A stretch of 59,611 bases of DNA, counting the filler, from Sanchytrium tribonematis (Eukaryota): the NCBI GenBank assembly GCA_018985235.1. It is 8 parts of 8 records of this genome, joined end to end, with 100 filler letters (N's around TTAATTAATTAA, not from the genome) between each part and the next. Parts side by side here need not be neighbours in the genome. Positions count along the whole stretch, not along the records: positions 29,970 to 37,319 come from JADGIG010000440.1; positions 37,420 to 44,765 come from JADGIG010000441.1; 6 more parts are not named here. One strand, 5' to 3'. How positions within the stretch are numbered: the stretch's first letter is position 1; each line of letters begins with the position of its first letter. The notes beneath the pieces were generated by a model that was not told the DNA's origin, did no database searches, and saw only the letters and a program-made list of their open reading frames with translations. Shown here in pieces: positions 31,412 to 42,408 of the stretch. The translations under genes and the position numbers were made by a program.

Positions 31412-32161
31412 TTCTTTCTTTGAATAAAACAATTCTGAAATGTTTTCAACTTCTAATTGATGTACCCGTTTTTCTTCAAAAGGCTTAAGCTTTATAGTTT
31501 TTCTAGGATTTTTACATAAAATTTGAACAAATTTTTCCATCTCATCAAAATCTGGAAGCGACAGAATGTTCTTTTTTCTAGTGAAAAGAATCATTGCCCC
31601 ATCAACCTTTGGACGGGGTGAAAAATTCGACTTGTCAACGTATTTAATCAACTTGACGTCTGTGTATAGTTGGGACATGATAGATAACCTTAATCGCATG
31701 CGACTGCCAACTTTAGCAATGATCCGATCGCCCACTTCTTTCTGGAACATAAACAACAATCCTTCAGGATTCAAACCACTGTTATAATACATATCTCGTA
31801 AATTACAGAACAATATTCTAGTTGATATGTTAAAAGGCAGATTTCCAACAACCCAGGTGGGATAATTGCTGGATGGTTTTTCAACATTCAAAAAGTCTCC
31901 CCAAATGACATTTTTACCTTCTAATAATCCTTTCAAACGAGTATCTTTTTCAAATAAAAGTAATTCTTTTGGGTTTAATTCTTCCAAGGCTTCGGTAAAA
32001 ACACCCGGCCCACTACCGACTTCACATATCCTTTTGGCAACGGGATTGGGAATAGATTCCAGAAGCGACTTGCAAAATTGCTTATCAAATATAAAATTTT
32101 GACCCAATTCACTCAATCTGTTAACTTTATAGATTTTCAAAAGATGGCTCTTCAAAATCAT
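31379..32161 (-). CDS. rRNA dimethyladenosine transferase (KsgA/TFB1M-like)
   Basis: LGQNFI, EVGSGPG, VGNLPFNIS, MFQKEV and FSPRPKVD. Confidence 0.88.
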   Translation of the reverse strand: MILKSHLLKIYKVNRLSELGQNFIFDKQFCKSLLESIPNPVAKRICEVGSGPGVFTEALEELNPKELLLFEKDTRLKGLLEGKNVIWGDFLNVEKPSSNYPTWVVGNLPFNISTRILFCNLRDMYYNSGLNPEGLLFMFQKEVGDRIIAKVGSRMRLRLSIMSQLYTDVKLIKYVDKSNFSPRPKVDGAMILFTRKKNILSLPDFDEMEKFVQILCKNPRKTIKLKPFEEKRVHQLEVENISELFYSKKELLEQKKKNDN

Positions 32162-32198
32162 TGTAGAAGTTTTACCCTTACTGTTTTAAAGTATTTAT

Positions 32199-33371
32199 TT
32201 AATCCTTTTTATCAAATAAATTTTCTTTAGGTTTAGCGATATAAGTATCGTCAGCAGCGCTCTCTTCACCAAAATCTTCTTCTTCGAACTCGCTTCCAGA
32301 AATTTTTTTAAGTTTGTCCAAATTTGCCCATGAATCGGTCTTGAAAAATTTCTTCTTCTTAGGAGATTTCGGTTTTTTCTTTCCATATAATTCTTCGTAG
32401 TTCCATTCAATCTTATAGCTTCCAAGATTATTAGCATTATTACTACTTGTCTGTCGTTTCTCACTTGTTAATTGAAAATTTGGATTGTATGGAATATTTT
32501 GGTCATTATCAATGACATACTCATGGTGGTCAATAACAATTGTTTTATACTCTCTAGCATTAGGGTCTGGTGAAATTATGTTTGGTTCGTCTGAATCATT
32601 ATGACCAGAAGGTTTTTGAAGTTTTCGTACTTCAATAGATCTGCCCTTTACTGTCCCAGACTGGTTATCTCCTTCGTGTGCAAAGCTCCACCAAATGGAA
32701 AGTAAATCATTAACGACTGAATTATGGGATCCGTGGTGATTCCAAGGTTTAGCGTTTCCAAAAAAGTGTAACACTTTCACCTTGTCTTTGAATCTCAGGT
32801 AAGCTGGCTTATATGAATAAACTGGCTCCACAGACACCGTGACATTGTAAAGGAATGGGAGCCTATTCCATTCAGGAAAAAAATCGTTCAAAATTCCTTG
32901 ATCAGCACCATCAAAACTACCTTGTGAAGTAGCTTGAAATCGAAGATGCTCGAACGTCCTAAATGATGGACACAAGACCATTAAACCAGAATTGAAGCAA
33001 TCAGGCCAGCCTACATCTGGAGCAGCACTTAGTTCAGGCTTTGCAAATAAATCATCAATACATTTCAAGATTAGCATATCCGCGTCTAAATAAACAACTT
33101 TTTCGTAGTCAAGCGTCCAGGCATAAAACTTAGTGTACGTACTTTCTAAGGGTCTCTCCAATAATTCAATTCTTGAATCATCACTGACTAAAGGTTCTAC
33201 AGGAACAATTTCATCGAAATACGAATTTAGAGGCTCATAATGAATATGTTTGTTAACAATTACGACTAATGGATAATTGGTTACCTTTTTTAAACTTTTT
33301 GACAAAGTTTGGGCAGCAAAAACATAGTCTTGCGAAGTAACTAATGTACAATACGCGAATCTTTCTGTCAT
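32199..33371 (-). CDS. Glycogenin (GT8)
   Basis: AYCTLVT, YLDAD, AAPDVGWPDCFNSG, SFDGADQGILN, LPFLYN and HF..KPW. Confidence 0.92.
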   Translation of the reverse strand: MTERFAYCTLVTSQDYVFAAQTLSKSLKKVTNYPLVVIVNKHIHYEPLNSYFDEIVPVEPLVSDDSRIELLERPLESTYTKFYAWTLDYEKVVYLDADMLILKCIDDLFAKPELSAAPDVGWPDCFNSGLMVLCPSFRTFEHLRFQATSQGSFDGADQGILNDFFPEWNRLPFLYNVTVSVEPVYSYKPAYLRFKDKVKVLHFFGNAKPWNHHGSHNSVVNDLLSIWWSFAHEGDNQSGTVKGRSIEVRKLQKPSGHNDSDEPNIISPDPNAREYKTIVIDHHEYVIDNDQNIPYNPNFQLTSEKRQTSSNNANNLGSYKIEWNYEELYGKKKPKSPKKKKFFKTDSWANLDKLKKISGSEFEEEDFGEESAADDTYIAKPKENLFDKKD

Positions 33372-33550
33372 TTGTTTCGCTTGGAGATCCGTTATCCCAT
33401 CTCGATAAATACTAAGCTTGGAGAGAAATTACGTAATGCTTCGAGTTCCAAGGCTCTGCTTTCTCGTAAATATAATGACTTTCTAATGATTGATTTTTTT
33501 GATTTTCCAACAATTTTGAGGTTTTTAATTGAGAAAAACGGAGAAATCAA

Positions 33551-34723
33551 ATGAATCTCTTGAAAAAAGACAAGTTTTCCCGCGCAATGGCTAGTGGAAA
33601 GAGACGCATTAGCAAGATAAAGTTGGACCTTGGTAGCTTGCAATCAGTCAATTATAAAAAAGACAGGATTGAGGAATACAATAATGATCTTGTCAGCTTA
33701 GATCGTTGGAAGGAAGACTTAGAAGAACCTCCCGTTGAAATGACAGAAAACCTGACTGGCCTGACTTATTATTTTGATGAAAACAGCTATTTCTTTGTAT
33801 TCTTGCCACACAAGAATCATAGCGACGAGATAATTGTTTTTAAACTATCAAATCATCATATGTTTGTGGGTCAGATGAATATGTCGTTTGTGGAAAAATG
33901 GAAAAATTCAAAAGTGGTTCAAAGATCATCAAGTTTTACCGAATTTGAGAATTTGAAATTAAAAACAACAAAGCGTAGTCAGAGCCTGGTGATGACTCGA
34001 AGCAATGCTAGAAATATGGGTGATCTATTCTATTCTCTTAAATATGATAGAGTTGGATATATTAAAAACTCAAAGATTATTGATATGACGAAAGAAAATG
34101 ACACTTTAAATTCATTTTTATTAACAAACAGGAATTACATATTTTACCTTCAAGCGTTGTCGGGGTATTCGAAAAGAAAGTTTAACAATTTAATTTATTT
34201 TTATTCTAATTCGTCTTTTCGAAAGATAAATCGCTTTGTTTTGGAAAAACAAGATCAACAACCTACTTCTGTTTCCAAGATTGTCGAGAAGCACAAAGAA
34301 AAGTTGCAAAAATATACACATCAATTTGGGAAAATTGCTTATAACGTATCTCTCTGTGAAGATGAAATTATAAAACTTAAAAATACTCTCGCAAAGTTTT
34401 CGAAGTATGAAGATTACTTGAGTCAAAAAACATTGGATTCAATAGAGCAATTAAAATCCGAATTTGCACCAACGTTTGAGTCTCAAGATCAATCTTATTC
34501 ACAAATGCGATCAACGTTAACAAACATTGACAATTTTATTTCACAAATTCGGACTGAGGTCGATGGTAAAATGAAGGAAGCTCTTACTCGTTTATCCGGA
34601 TTTCGATCTAACTTGATTTCTATCAATGAAAAGCAAGATAAGTACCGAAGACGGGCTATGTTAGTTTCTTTCGTAGTGGGTGGATTATGTTGTTTTGTAT
34701 CTTTATTTTGGATTTTTAAATAA
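33551..34723 (+). CDS. Hypothetical coiled-coil protein with C-terminal membrane anchor
   Basis: 390-aa ORF with a heptad-like region and a terminal hydrophobic helix after RRR. Confidence 0.55.
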   Translation: MNLLKKDKFSRAMASGKRRISKIKLDLGSLQSVNYKKDRIEEYNNDLVSLDRWKEDLEEPPVEMTENLTGLTYYFDENSYFFVFLPHKNHSDEIIVFKLSNHHMFVGQMNMSFVEKWKNSKVVQRSSSFTEFENLKLKTTKRSQSLVMTRSNARNMGDLFYSLKYDRVGYIKNSKIIDMTKENDTLNSFLLTNRNYIFYLQALSGYSKRKFNNLIYFYSNSSFRKINRFVLEKQDQQPTSVSKIVEKHKEKLQKYTHQFGKIAYNVSLCEDEIIKLKNTLAKFSKYEDYLSQKTLDSIEQLKSEFAPTFESQDQSYSQMRSTLTNIDNFISQIRTEVDGKMKEALTRLSGFRSNLISINEKQDKYRRRAMLVSFVVGGLCCFVSLFWIFK

Positions 34724-34960
34724 TTATTTATTCAAATTGAAAGCTTCACATGCATCCTTCAACTTCAAAATATCCTGCATAATGGGCTTCGAAAATGTTG
34801 TATTCCATTCTATATATTCTTGATCATCAATTTTATGCCGGGTCGCAAAAACTCTTCTTCCGTGTATAAGCATCTCGTTTTTATCCTCGCTTAGATACTT
34901 TGAGTTGTCTATGTCTCCCTTGTGCAGACAAGTAAATGGAAAAATGTGAATTTTCTCCAT
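34724..34960 (-). CDS. Putative miniature RNase H2 subunit C
   Basis: IHIFPFTCLHKG..SKYL..IHGRRV..IEW resembles HLLPCxIxxxG..YF..FRGRxL..W. Confidence 0.45.
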   Translation of the reverse strand: MEKIHIFPFTCLHKGDIDNSKYLSEDKNEMLIHGRRVFATRHKIDDQEYIEWNTTFSKPIMQDILKLKDACEAFNLNK

Positions 34961-35113
34961 TGATTAGAAAAAAAATAAAAAGATTCTCATGCTTAAGAAT
35001 CGCAACTGTATTTATCAAGTAAATGAATTAGTTTAACATTTTGTTATTTCTAAATACTTTTCTTTGAAACCAATCAATTAGCCACTTTGAATTTTTCACG
35101 CGCTTTCTAGTTA

Positions 35114-36467
35114 ATGTTCAACACTGTTAGAAGTAAAGTTTCCAAGAAAAAGAAAAGGTATGTGGACGAAAAGGAAGGATTTGACTTGGATTTGTCGTAT
35201 ATTACGGATTATATAATAGCTATGGGGTACCCAAGTCCTTCAGATTCGATAGAAGGGTTATATAGAAATCCAATGAGTGAAGTTTATCGATTTTTAGAAA
35301 CCAAGCACAAAGATCATTACAAAGTATACAATTTATGCTCAGAAAGACATTATGACCCAGCAAAATTTAATGGTAGAGTTTGTCGATATCCTTTTGATGA
35401 CCACAATGCACCTCCTTTAGAAATGATTAAATTCTTTTGCGAAGACGTTGGTCAATTTTTAAAAAAAGACAAGAAAAACATTGCAATTGTGCACTGCAAG
35501 GCTGGTAAGGGGCGTACAGGAACTATGATTGCATCTTATTTGATGCACTGCGGACTCAAGAAATCTGCGAAAGATGCCTTGCTTTACTACGCCAAAGCAC
35601 GAACATATAATGGTGAAGGAGTTACAATTCCAAGTCAGATCAGATATGTTTATTATTATGAGAAACTGATCCAATTGAATTTTAATTATATACCAAAGAA
35701 GATTTATTTTTCGAGATTGATTTTACATAATGTGCCACATTCCATGGTAAATAATCCAGGTATATTTTATTAATTAAGCTTTGTCTCTCAGTATTGTGTC
35801 TAAAAATATGAAAATTTACGAGTCCAAAGAAAATGAGGACTGTCGAATTATAATAGACAAAGGGAAGGATGCCATGTTGGTTTTAAACGAGCCTTTGGTT
35901 TTAGCAGGCGATGTGAAATTCGAACTGACTGCTAAGGCTATTAAAAAAGGAAAATTTGCTACATTTTGGCTAAATACTACATTTATACCCGAGGATGGAA
36001 TCCTGGGATTAACAAAGGGAGAAATAGACAAGCTTTGTAAGGATAGCTCACATAAGGAAGTTCCTGACAAGTTTTGGATCGAGGTACGTTACCACTCTCA
36101 TGTGGAGAAAAATGCCCTGCCTATTGTTAATACATCAGCGGTGCTGAGGCAACAAATAAGGCCAATTTCTGTTCTTGGACTAGGGTCTCCATTGTCATCC
36201 AACGAAGACGTAGTTTCTCAAAAATCAATTAATGTCAGAAGGTCTAGCGCTAGTGATGTTCAGGTTGCAAATATCAGGACAAATCTTGAAAAGGAATTAT
36301 CTAGATCAAAGACATCAGTGCATGTTTCCAATTCTAAAATTTTAGAAGAAACGGAAGAATCAATACGGCGTTCCGGAAGCTTACCTGACATACGGAAAAG
36401 CTCCACAGTAGGCGACAATCATGAAGACGATGATGAAGAAACAGACGAAGAAACAGATGACGAATAA
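35114..36467 (+). CDS. PTEN: PTEN lipid phosphatase; join(35114..35759, 35779..36467)
   Basis: VSKKKKRY..FDLDLSYIT, HCKAGKGRTG and GVTIPSQIRYV; the C2 domain (FWLNTTFI) lies in exon 2. Confidence 0.93.
35760..35778 (+). other. 19-nt intron GTATATTTTATTAATTAAG
   Basis: Removal gives CCA G|CT TTG, joining the phosphatase and C2 regions in frame. Confidence 0.85.
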
Positions 36468-36484
36468 AATGTTCTTTATTTTAA

Positions 36485-37304
36485 TCACGATGTATCCATA
36501 GCATCTAAATTTTCGATATGTTCCTCAATTTCCAAATTTTCCTCCGTAGTTTTCAACACTTCTACATTAACTTGAAATACTTGTGATAGGTGTAGACATA
36601 GTATAATTTCCAAAAACTTTTGGTTTGGGATTTGGTTGTTCATAATTTCTCAAATATTCAGTTTTTTCTTTAGTTATAACACAAACATCAATATTTGAAC
36701 CTGAACCTAAATCGTTAAACACACCAGCTGCAATTGCATTTCTAACCAATTTTATAGCGTCTTCTTTTTCGAGATTTGGTTTAAATTGTGACTCAAACAC
36801 AGACATTGCCGCTAATGAGCCAGATCCCATTGTGACATACGGCAGGGTATCTGTTGAACCATGAGGATAAACTGTATATAAATGTGGTCCAGTAACATCG
36901 AATCCACCGACAACTAATGCAGCTCCAACATGACCTTGATATTTGAACAAATACTGTTTAAGAATGGTAAGCACAGTGTTTACGCGAGGATGGGAGCCAG
37001 TTTCCAAGCTGTGCAATTCTAACTGATATCTTGCCATATTAGTGGTATAGTCAGTGTCAGCAGCAGTCCCGGCTCCACAGCAGTATATATTTGGTGCAAT
37101 ATAATGTATTTTGGTACAGTTTTTGTCAGCTACAACTTGTCCAGCTGTTGCCCTAGTATCAGCACCTAATACAACACCGTCTTTATAAACAATTCCAACA
37201 ATCGTTGTACCTGTTTTCGTAGTCTTGGCTTTGAAGTTCTTAGTTTTGTCTCCAGTCAAATGTTCATTTCTAGCAGATAATGAAAAATCAAATCCTGTGG
37301 TCAT
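36485..37304 (-). CDS. PUP1: 20S proteasome beta-2 subunit; join(37304..36581, 36561..36485)
   Basis: [21 protein letters not shown] and DLGSGSNID; the spliced C-terminus ends ..AMDTS*, like PSMB7 orthologues. Confidence 0.93.
36562..36580 (-). other. 19-nt intron GTATTTCAAGTTAATGTAG
   Basis: Removal restores the tail [27 protein letters not shown]. Confidence 0.85.
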
Positions 37305-37319
37305 TTGTTGCAAAAATTA

Positions 37320-37419
37320 NNNNNNNNNNNNNNNNNNNNNNNNNNNNNNNNNNNNNNNNNNNNTTAATTAATTAANNNNNNNNNNNNNNNNNNNNNNNNN
37401 NNNNNNNNNNNNNNNNNNN
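37320..37419. other. Artificial contig linker
   Basis: N44-TTAATTAATTAA-N44. Confidence 0.98.
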
Positions 37420-37907
37420 GGCTGACAACTTCTTTTGATAATAGCGCCCTTTAAATCCAATAAAGAAGCACTACCAAGTACTTGAATCCATGCTTTTTCA
37501 ATCAAATTATGACGATTAAATAGTTTATGGGGATAAATGTCTTTAAAATGTGGTATGATGACGTGTTTTAATGTGATTAATTCATCGATAAAGTGTGCTA
37601 AATGATTAGCGATGATTTGATCACGATTTTTAACAAAAGATTGTAATTCTAAATACTTTTCTTGAAATATATTTTGTAGATTCTCATAGGGTTTTGTGCA
37701 ATAACATTTCGGTGTTGCATGTATCTTTACATTCAATCCTAGATCTATTTGATTTTTAAACTGCTTTACAAACCAATTTGCCATGCAAGTAGCGTGGTAG
37801 AGATGTTTTGCAGGACTGGTGCATTGGATGGTAATTTCTTCACTTTTAATGATCTCTCGACAAAAATGACACTCTTGCGATAAAAATAGTAGCATCAGGA
37901 TCAACAT
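37420..37907 (-). CDS. Signal-peptide-bearing RING-H2-like protein (3'-partial)
   Basis: MLILMLLFLS followed by CHFC..C..HLYHATCMANW..CYC. Confidence 0.6.
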
Positions 37908-38071
37908 TTACCAATCGGCAAACTGGGTAATAGGGGTGTATCAGTTGGTACTGATAAACTATTTTAAAATTTATACCCTTTAACCATTATTACACATGGA
38001 TAAGACACAATGATTACTGGTTTATTGCTCTAATGGCATATTGAGAAGAAAATTATCATTGCAAATGCGAT

Positions 38072-38767
38072 TTACTTGGAACGATCAGTGTCAACGGACT
38101 GAGTTGTGTTTTTGACTTGTTCATTCTGATTCAACACCTTGGATTTCAAATGGTCAGAAACTTTATTCTGTTGAGTGCTATTTTTCACCGCGTTGTTTTC
38201 AAATTTAAGTTTGGAGCCGACATTAATTTGTTGGGCGCTATTCTTGACTTGATCCTTTTCTGAAATCACATTGGGATTATCTACAATAAAAGGTACTTGT
38301 TCCGTTCTATTTGCGCATTCAATACCATGGAAATCACAAGTAATAATAAAATCAATTTTACAATTCCCCTTCATTTCTTTGGTGATTGTGACATTTCTAG
38401 TTGCTTTCCAATTGATATAACCATATCTCAATTTAAAATAGTATCCAAATAATTGCTTAACGGGTGTTTCTGGGACGACACATTTTCTGTATTTGACATC
38501 AGGGCATTCAATCCAAAATGAGGCCTCTCCATGGTCATAAAATCGTACTTCTCTAGCAATTAATTCTATTTTAAGTGTCTCATTTACTTTATAAGTGGGA
38601 TTGGCGTATTGATTTGGGGATAAAAAGTTGAATTGTCTTCCATAATTCGTAGTGAAAAACAGAGTCCATATTCCAAATGGGTAACTAAATAGAATCATGT
38701 ACAATGTATTATATCCCGGAATAAATGAATAGAATCCCTGTACCGTGAGAATAGTCAACAGAAGCAT
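38072..38767 (-). CDS. Hypothetical secreted or membrane protein with short C-terminal repeats
   Basis: Hydrophobic N-terminus MLLLTILTVQG, several Cys, and VKNSAQQ/VKNSTQQ/VKNTTQS repeats. Confidence 0.55.
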   Translation of the reverse strand: MLLLTILTVQGFYSFIPGYNTLYMILFSYPFGIWTLFFTTNYGRQFNFLSPNQYANPTYKVNETLKIELIAREVRFYDHGEASFWIECPDVKYRKCVVPETPVKQLFGYYFKLRYGYINWKATRNVTITKEMKGNCKIDFIITCDFHGIECANRTEQVPFIVDNPNVISEKDQVKNSAQQINVGSKLKFENNAVKNSTQQNKVSDHLKSKVLNQNEQVKNTTQSVDTDRSK

Positions 38768-38856
38768 CTTTCTCCGGTTGTTTCTTCTGAGAATGAAATC
38801 AATTGTCATGCTTCTACACGTGTATATTCGTCAATATGAGAATGAATATCAAGTAT

Positions 38857-39711
38857 TTATTTCAGTCCACCATATGCCAATTCAGTGCTATTCAATGATG
38901 GTCTTTGAATTGCGACATAAATCACATTTTTCAATAATTCCAAAATTCCAATTTGTACCACTCTTTTCTCCCATGCAGCTGGAAATCTTTCATTCAATAA
39001 GAATTCCTTAGCGAATGCCACTGAAATCTTGTCATCTCTACCCATCACATTTGCCAAAAGCACAGTCTCACCATGCATCACAAAATAATCTTTAATCACC
39101 ATTTTCTCTACCATTTTATCACTTCTGTGCTGCAATAATCTCAATTTTCTTGCTTTAATGATCTGATGAAGTGTCAATTCGTCATCTTCTGCAAATTTAA
39201 GCAATTGAGCAACTAGTGTTGGATTTACAGGGATGGCTCTATATTTATCATTATTGGCATCTAATCTGGTCAATGATGCATCATGCTCAATCGCATCATG
39301 TTCTTTATTGGAATGTAGACCCAATTCATTTAAAGAAATGACTGGTACGCCCTTTACAGTTCTTCCCAACTTCTTTGCAAAATCAGTTAAAATCTTGACA
39401 ACTCGTGCAGATGCTTGACTAGTGTGGTGTACAGCTTCAAATAGTTGTTGAATTGGAATATCTGTACCATTAAATGGTAGAATATTGTGATTTGCCAATG
39501 TATTGATGAATGGACATGGGGATCTCAAAGTTATTTTAGAAGGTTGCTTCCATGTAAATTTGTGAACATCAATGCCTTTATATCCATATATATTGGTTGG
39601 ATCTTCAGTCGTATCTGACTTTCGAAATTGATCAGCGTATTCGTTGATAGAATGAACATATTGAGCATCGTGATCATCAGTTTGAGCAAAAAGTAAATTT
39701 GAAAGCAACAT
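38857..39711 (-). CDS. Heme-thiolate peroxidase (chloroperoxidase/UPO family)
   Basis: RSPCPFINTLANH (PCP heme ligand) and IEHDASLTR; short signal peptide MLLSNLLFA. Confidence 0.9.
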   Translation of the reverse strand: MLLSNLLFAQTDDHDAQYVHSINEYADQFRKSDTTEDPTNIYGYKGIDVHKFTWKQPSKITLRSPCPFINTLANHNILPFNGTDIPIQQLFEAVHHTSQASARVVKILTDFAKKLGRTVKGVPVISLNELGLHSNKEHDAIEHDASLTRLDANNDKYRAIPVNPTLVAQLLKFAEDDELTLHQIIKARKLRLLQHRSDKMVEKMVIKDYFVMHGETVLLANVMGRDDKISVAFAKEFLLNERFPAAWEKRVVQIGILELLKNVIYVAIQRPSLNSTELAYGGLK

Positions 39712-40096
39712 GGGTGATTGTGAGAGAGACTGCTTATATACCCTGCAGGATCGTCTGATTGGAATCATTCACGTGTTTGGGGAACCAGGAGAACTCCAAA
39801 ATCCAATCAGAACTTGAGAATGACTAAAAATGACGTCACGTTTTCGCCCTTGAAAAATGAAACATAGTCAATTTGAATACAAGTGTGCACGAGATCGTAC
39901 AATTCATGGCTATAATTGATAAACATATTTGGGATCAAAATCGATATGAAACAGTCAAATCTTTGAAGAATGATGACCTATGATGCGACGGGCAAACTAC
40001 GTCAAATGAGAGTACTCATTTCGCCATAGATGATGTGATGTAGCCAAATATGATGTCATTCTTCAAGTTATCTTGAAAGTTGCGATTTCTCCCTAA

Positions 40097-41134
40097 ATGC
40101 TCTTTGGCCTGTTGATCTATGGGATAGTCAATATTATAGTAGCCGGAGTAGGTCTATTTTCAATGGTTCCTCTATTAGAAAGACAAATATTTAGTATTTT
40201 AAACAATCCCAAAGAAATTGGTCAAGATTTAAAAGAAATTCCATTTGATAAGATATTAAAATTATTAAATAAGCTAGGTGGCAGTATAGAAGCAGCTAAA
40301 ATTCACTGGGGATTCTATAAAAGGGCTACGGAAGCTTCATTAGCAGTTACACCTGTGCACGAAGAAATATTTCTAAAATTGTCAAAATATGGATATTTTA
40401 TTAATTTGATACATAGTCCTTTATTAAACCATATTCATAGCAAATATAAGATCAAATCAATTCATCCAGACATATTCCCAGTTAATATTGCTAAAATTGC
40501 ATTTGTTTTAGATGATCCAGATAAATTTGAACATTTGCAATTCGAGTCATTGGAGCCAAATGAGAAACCAGCAGATGTGGCACGCTTTTACACAATGGTA
40601 TTAAGTACACCATATGCATACGCTTATGAGTTATTGCGGCATTCCATATTGACAATTGATAATTTGCCACTTTTAGAATTGCAAATTCTATATTACATGA
40701 TTTACAATCCCCATCAATCTAGAGATATGCTGAAGGATATCATAATTCAGTATAAAATACTATATAGTACTCAAATCTCTATATTCTCTGATTATAAGCC
40801 ATTTGTCATATTTTTTGACATGAACAAGTTAACCAGCTTCAAACAGGTTAAAAATGAGCAATCGTTTCATTCATTTGCGTATAATCAACTATTGAATGGA
40901 TATGGAAATGAATATTTGCAATTATTTGATGTGTTTTATGCAGATCAAACTCAAAATTGTGAAAGAATCATTTCAATTAGACACCAAATAGACCAATATA
41001 GGCTCACTCTCACTGCCACGTATGAAAATTTACAAGCCATTCGTAGAGAATACGAAACAGAATCGACTGATTTTCATTGCAAATCACAAATCGCATTTTT
41101 GTTTCAACGAGCAGAACATTTAGAAGAAGAATAG
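40097..41134 (+). CDS. Hypothetical protein with N-terminal hydrophobic segment
   Basis: 345-aa ORF; no recognisable domain. Confidence 0.55.
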   Translation: MLFGLLIYGIVNIIVAGVGLFSMVPLLERQIFSILNNPKEIGQDLKEIPFDKILKLLNKLGGSIEAAKIHWGFYKRATEASLAVTPVHEEIFLKLSKYGYFINLIHSPLLNHIHSKYKIKSIHPDIFPVNIAKIAFVLDDPDKFEHLQFESLEPNEKPADVARFYTMVLSTPYAYAYELLRHSILTIDNLPLLELQILYYMIYNPHQSRDMLKDIIIQYKILYSTQISIFSDYKPFVIFFDMNKLTSFKQVKNEQSFHSFAYNQLLNGYGNEYLQLFDVFYADQTQNCERIISIRHQIDQYRLTLTATYENLQAIRREYETESTDFHCKSQIAFLFQRAEHLEEE

Positions 41135-41681
41135 ATCAAATAAATAGTCATTTGTATATGTATAGGTTTTATTTATAGTATTTTATGCTACATACGACTG
41201 ATATATAGCCAATTCATGCCTCGCATTAGGATACCTTCTCAGTATCATATTAACTTGTTTGTTTGATATTTCAGGACACATCACAGCTGCAAATGTGAGT
41301 GGGAATTCTTGTGATATATTAGATAACATGCTCCTCGTAAGCACACGTTGTCTAAGATTAGTCGGCTGTTTATTTTTAACCGTATGTATAAATTGAGACA
41401 CTTTAGATAAATCGACCATTATATATATTGGAGATATTCTGAATGGGATATGGTCGCTTATATAGTAAATATATGTCACAGCTGATTAACAAATGCAGAA
41501 TGACGTGCGAATAGATCTTTTCCAAGCAAGTGATTGGATGGATAAGCACAGATTGCTTAAAAAGGCGATGTCAAAGTATTAAAATGTGGACTGGTTGCCA
41601 CATCTAAAATATTAGATCTAATATATCAATTTCATACACATTGAAAGCGCAATTAGAAATCGAATATGTCTATTTCATTTA

Positions 41682-42095
41682 TTATACCAAGTTCACCGTC
41701 TTTTTAAAGGTCTTTTCCAGTTCTTTAGCAGTTTCAACATGCTTATACATCAATATATAGCTTATAATATTCCCGATCAAGTATCCAGCAAATAGATACA
41801 CTCCCATAATTACTTCTATAATGAATCCTGCTTTCGTATTTTCGTCATATTCATCAGGTGCATTAATCTTGACAATCATGCACTCCAAAATGATAAATAC
41901 AGATTGGACTATGATCTGCATACTAAATATAACTTGCTTTAATCGTATAAAGTCACTATGGACTGCGTATATGCTTAATAAATCAAATAAAAGAGGTATC
42001 AATAAAATGAAATTGCCATAAACAATCATGGCTGAGTTTAATGTGGCACTAATAGAAAGCCATAGCAGTAATAGAAATCTGTATTTCTCAATCAT
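41682..42095 (-). CDS. Small multi-pass membrane protein
   Basis: 137 aa with about four hydrophobic helices. Confidence 0.5.
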   Translation of the reverse strand: MIEKYRFLLLLWLSISATLNSAMIVYGNFILLIPLLFDLLSIYAVHSDFIRLKQVIFSMQIIVQSVFIILECMIVKINAPDEYDENTKAGFIIEVIMGVYLFAGYLIGNIISYILMYKHVETAKELEKTFKKTVNLV

Positions 42096-42408
42096 CTTGG
42101 AAATAGATTAAGAAACAGTCAAATACCCATTTTGGATTGTCTGATTGGAACCATGTCATCATTTTTCCTCCGTATTTTAATCGACACCAATAGATTAAGA
42201 GATGGCATCATTTTAGTGAAGTAATAGGAGACTGTTTAACAATCAATTTTGCACAGCTACATGGTATGTACGGTCTAATATTCGCCGTAGAAGAGCCTCA
42301 AAATGACCATTCTGATGATAAAATATCTAATATTTGCTAGAAATGACAGCCAAAGTGACTTGCCACTTGCACACTTACTCTGCAACGTATAGCCATGAAT
42401 TTATTAAC

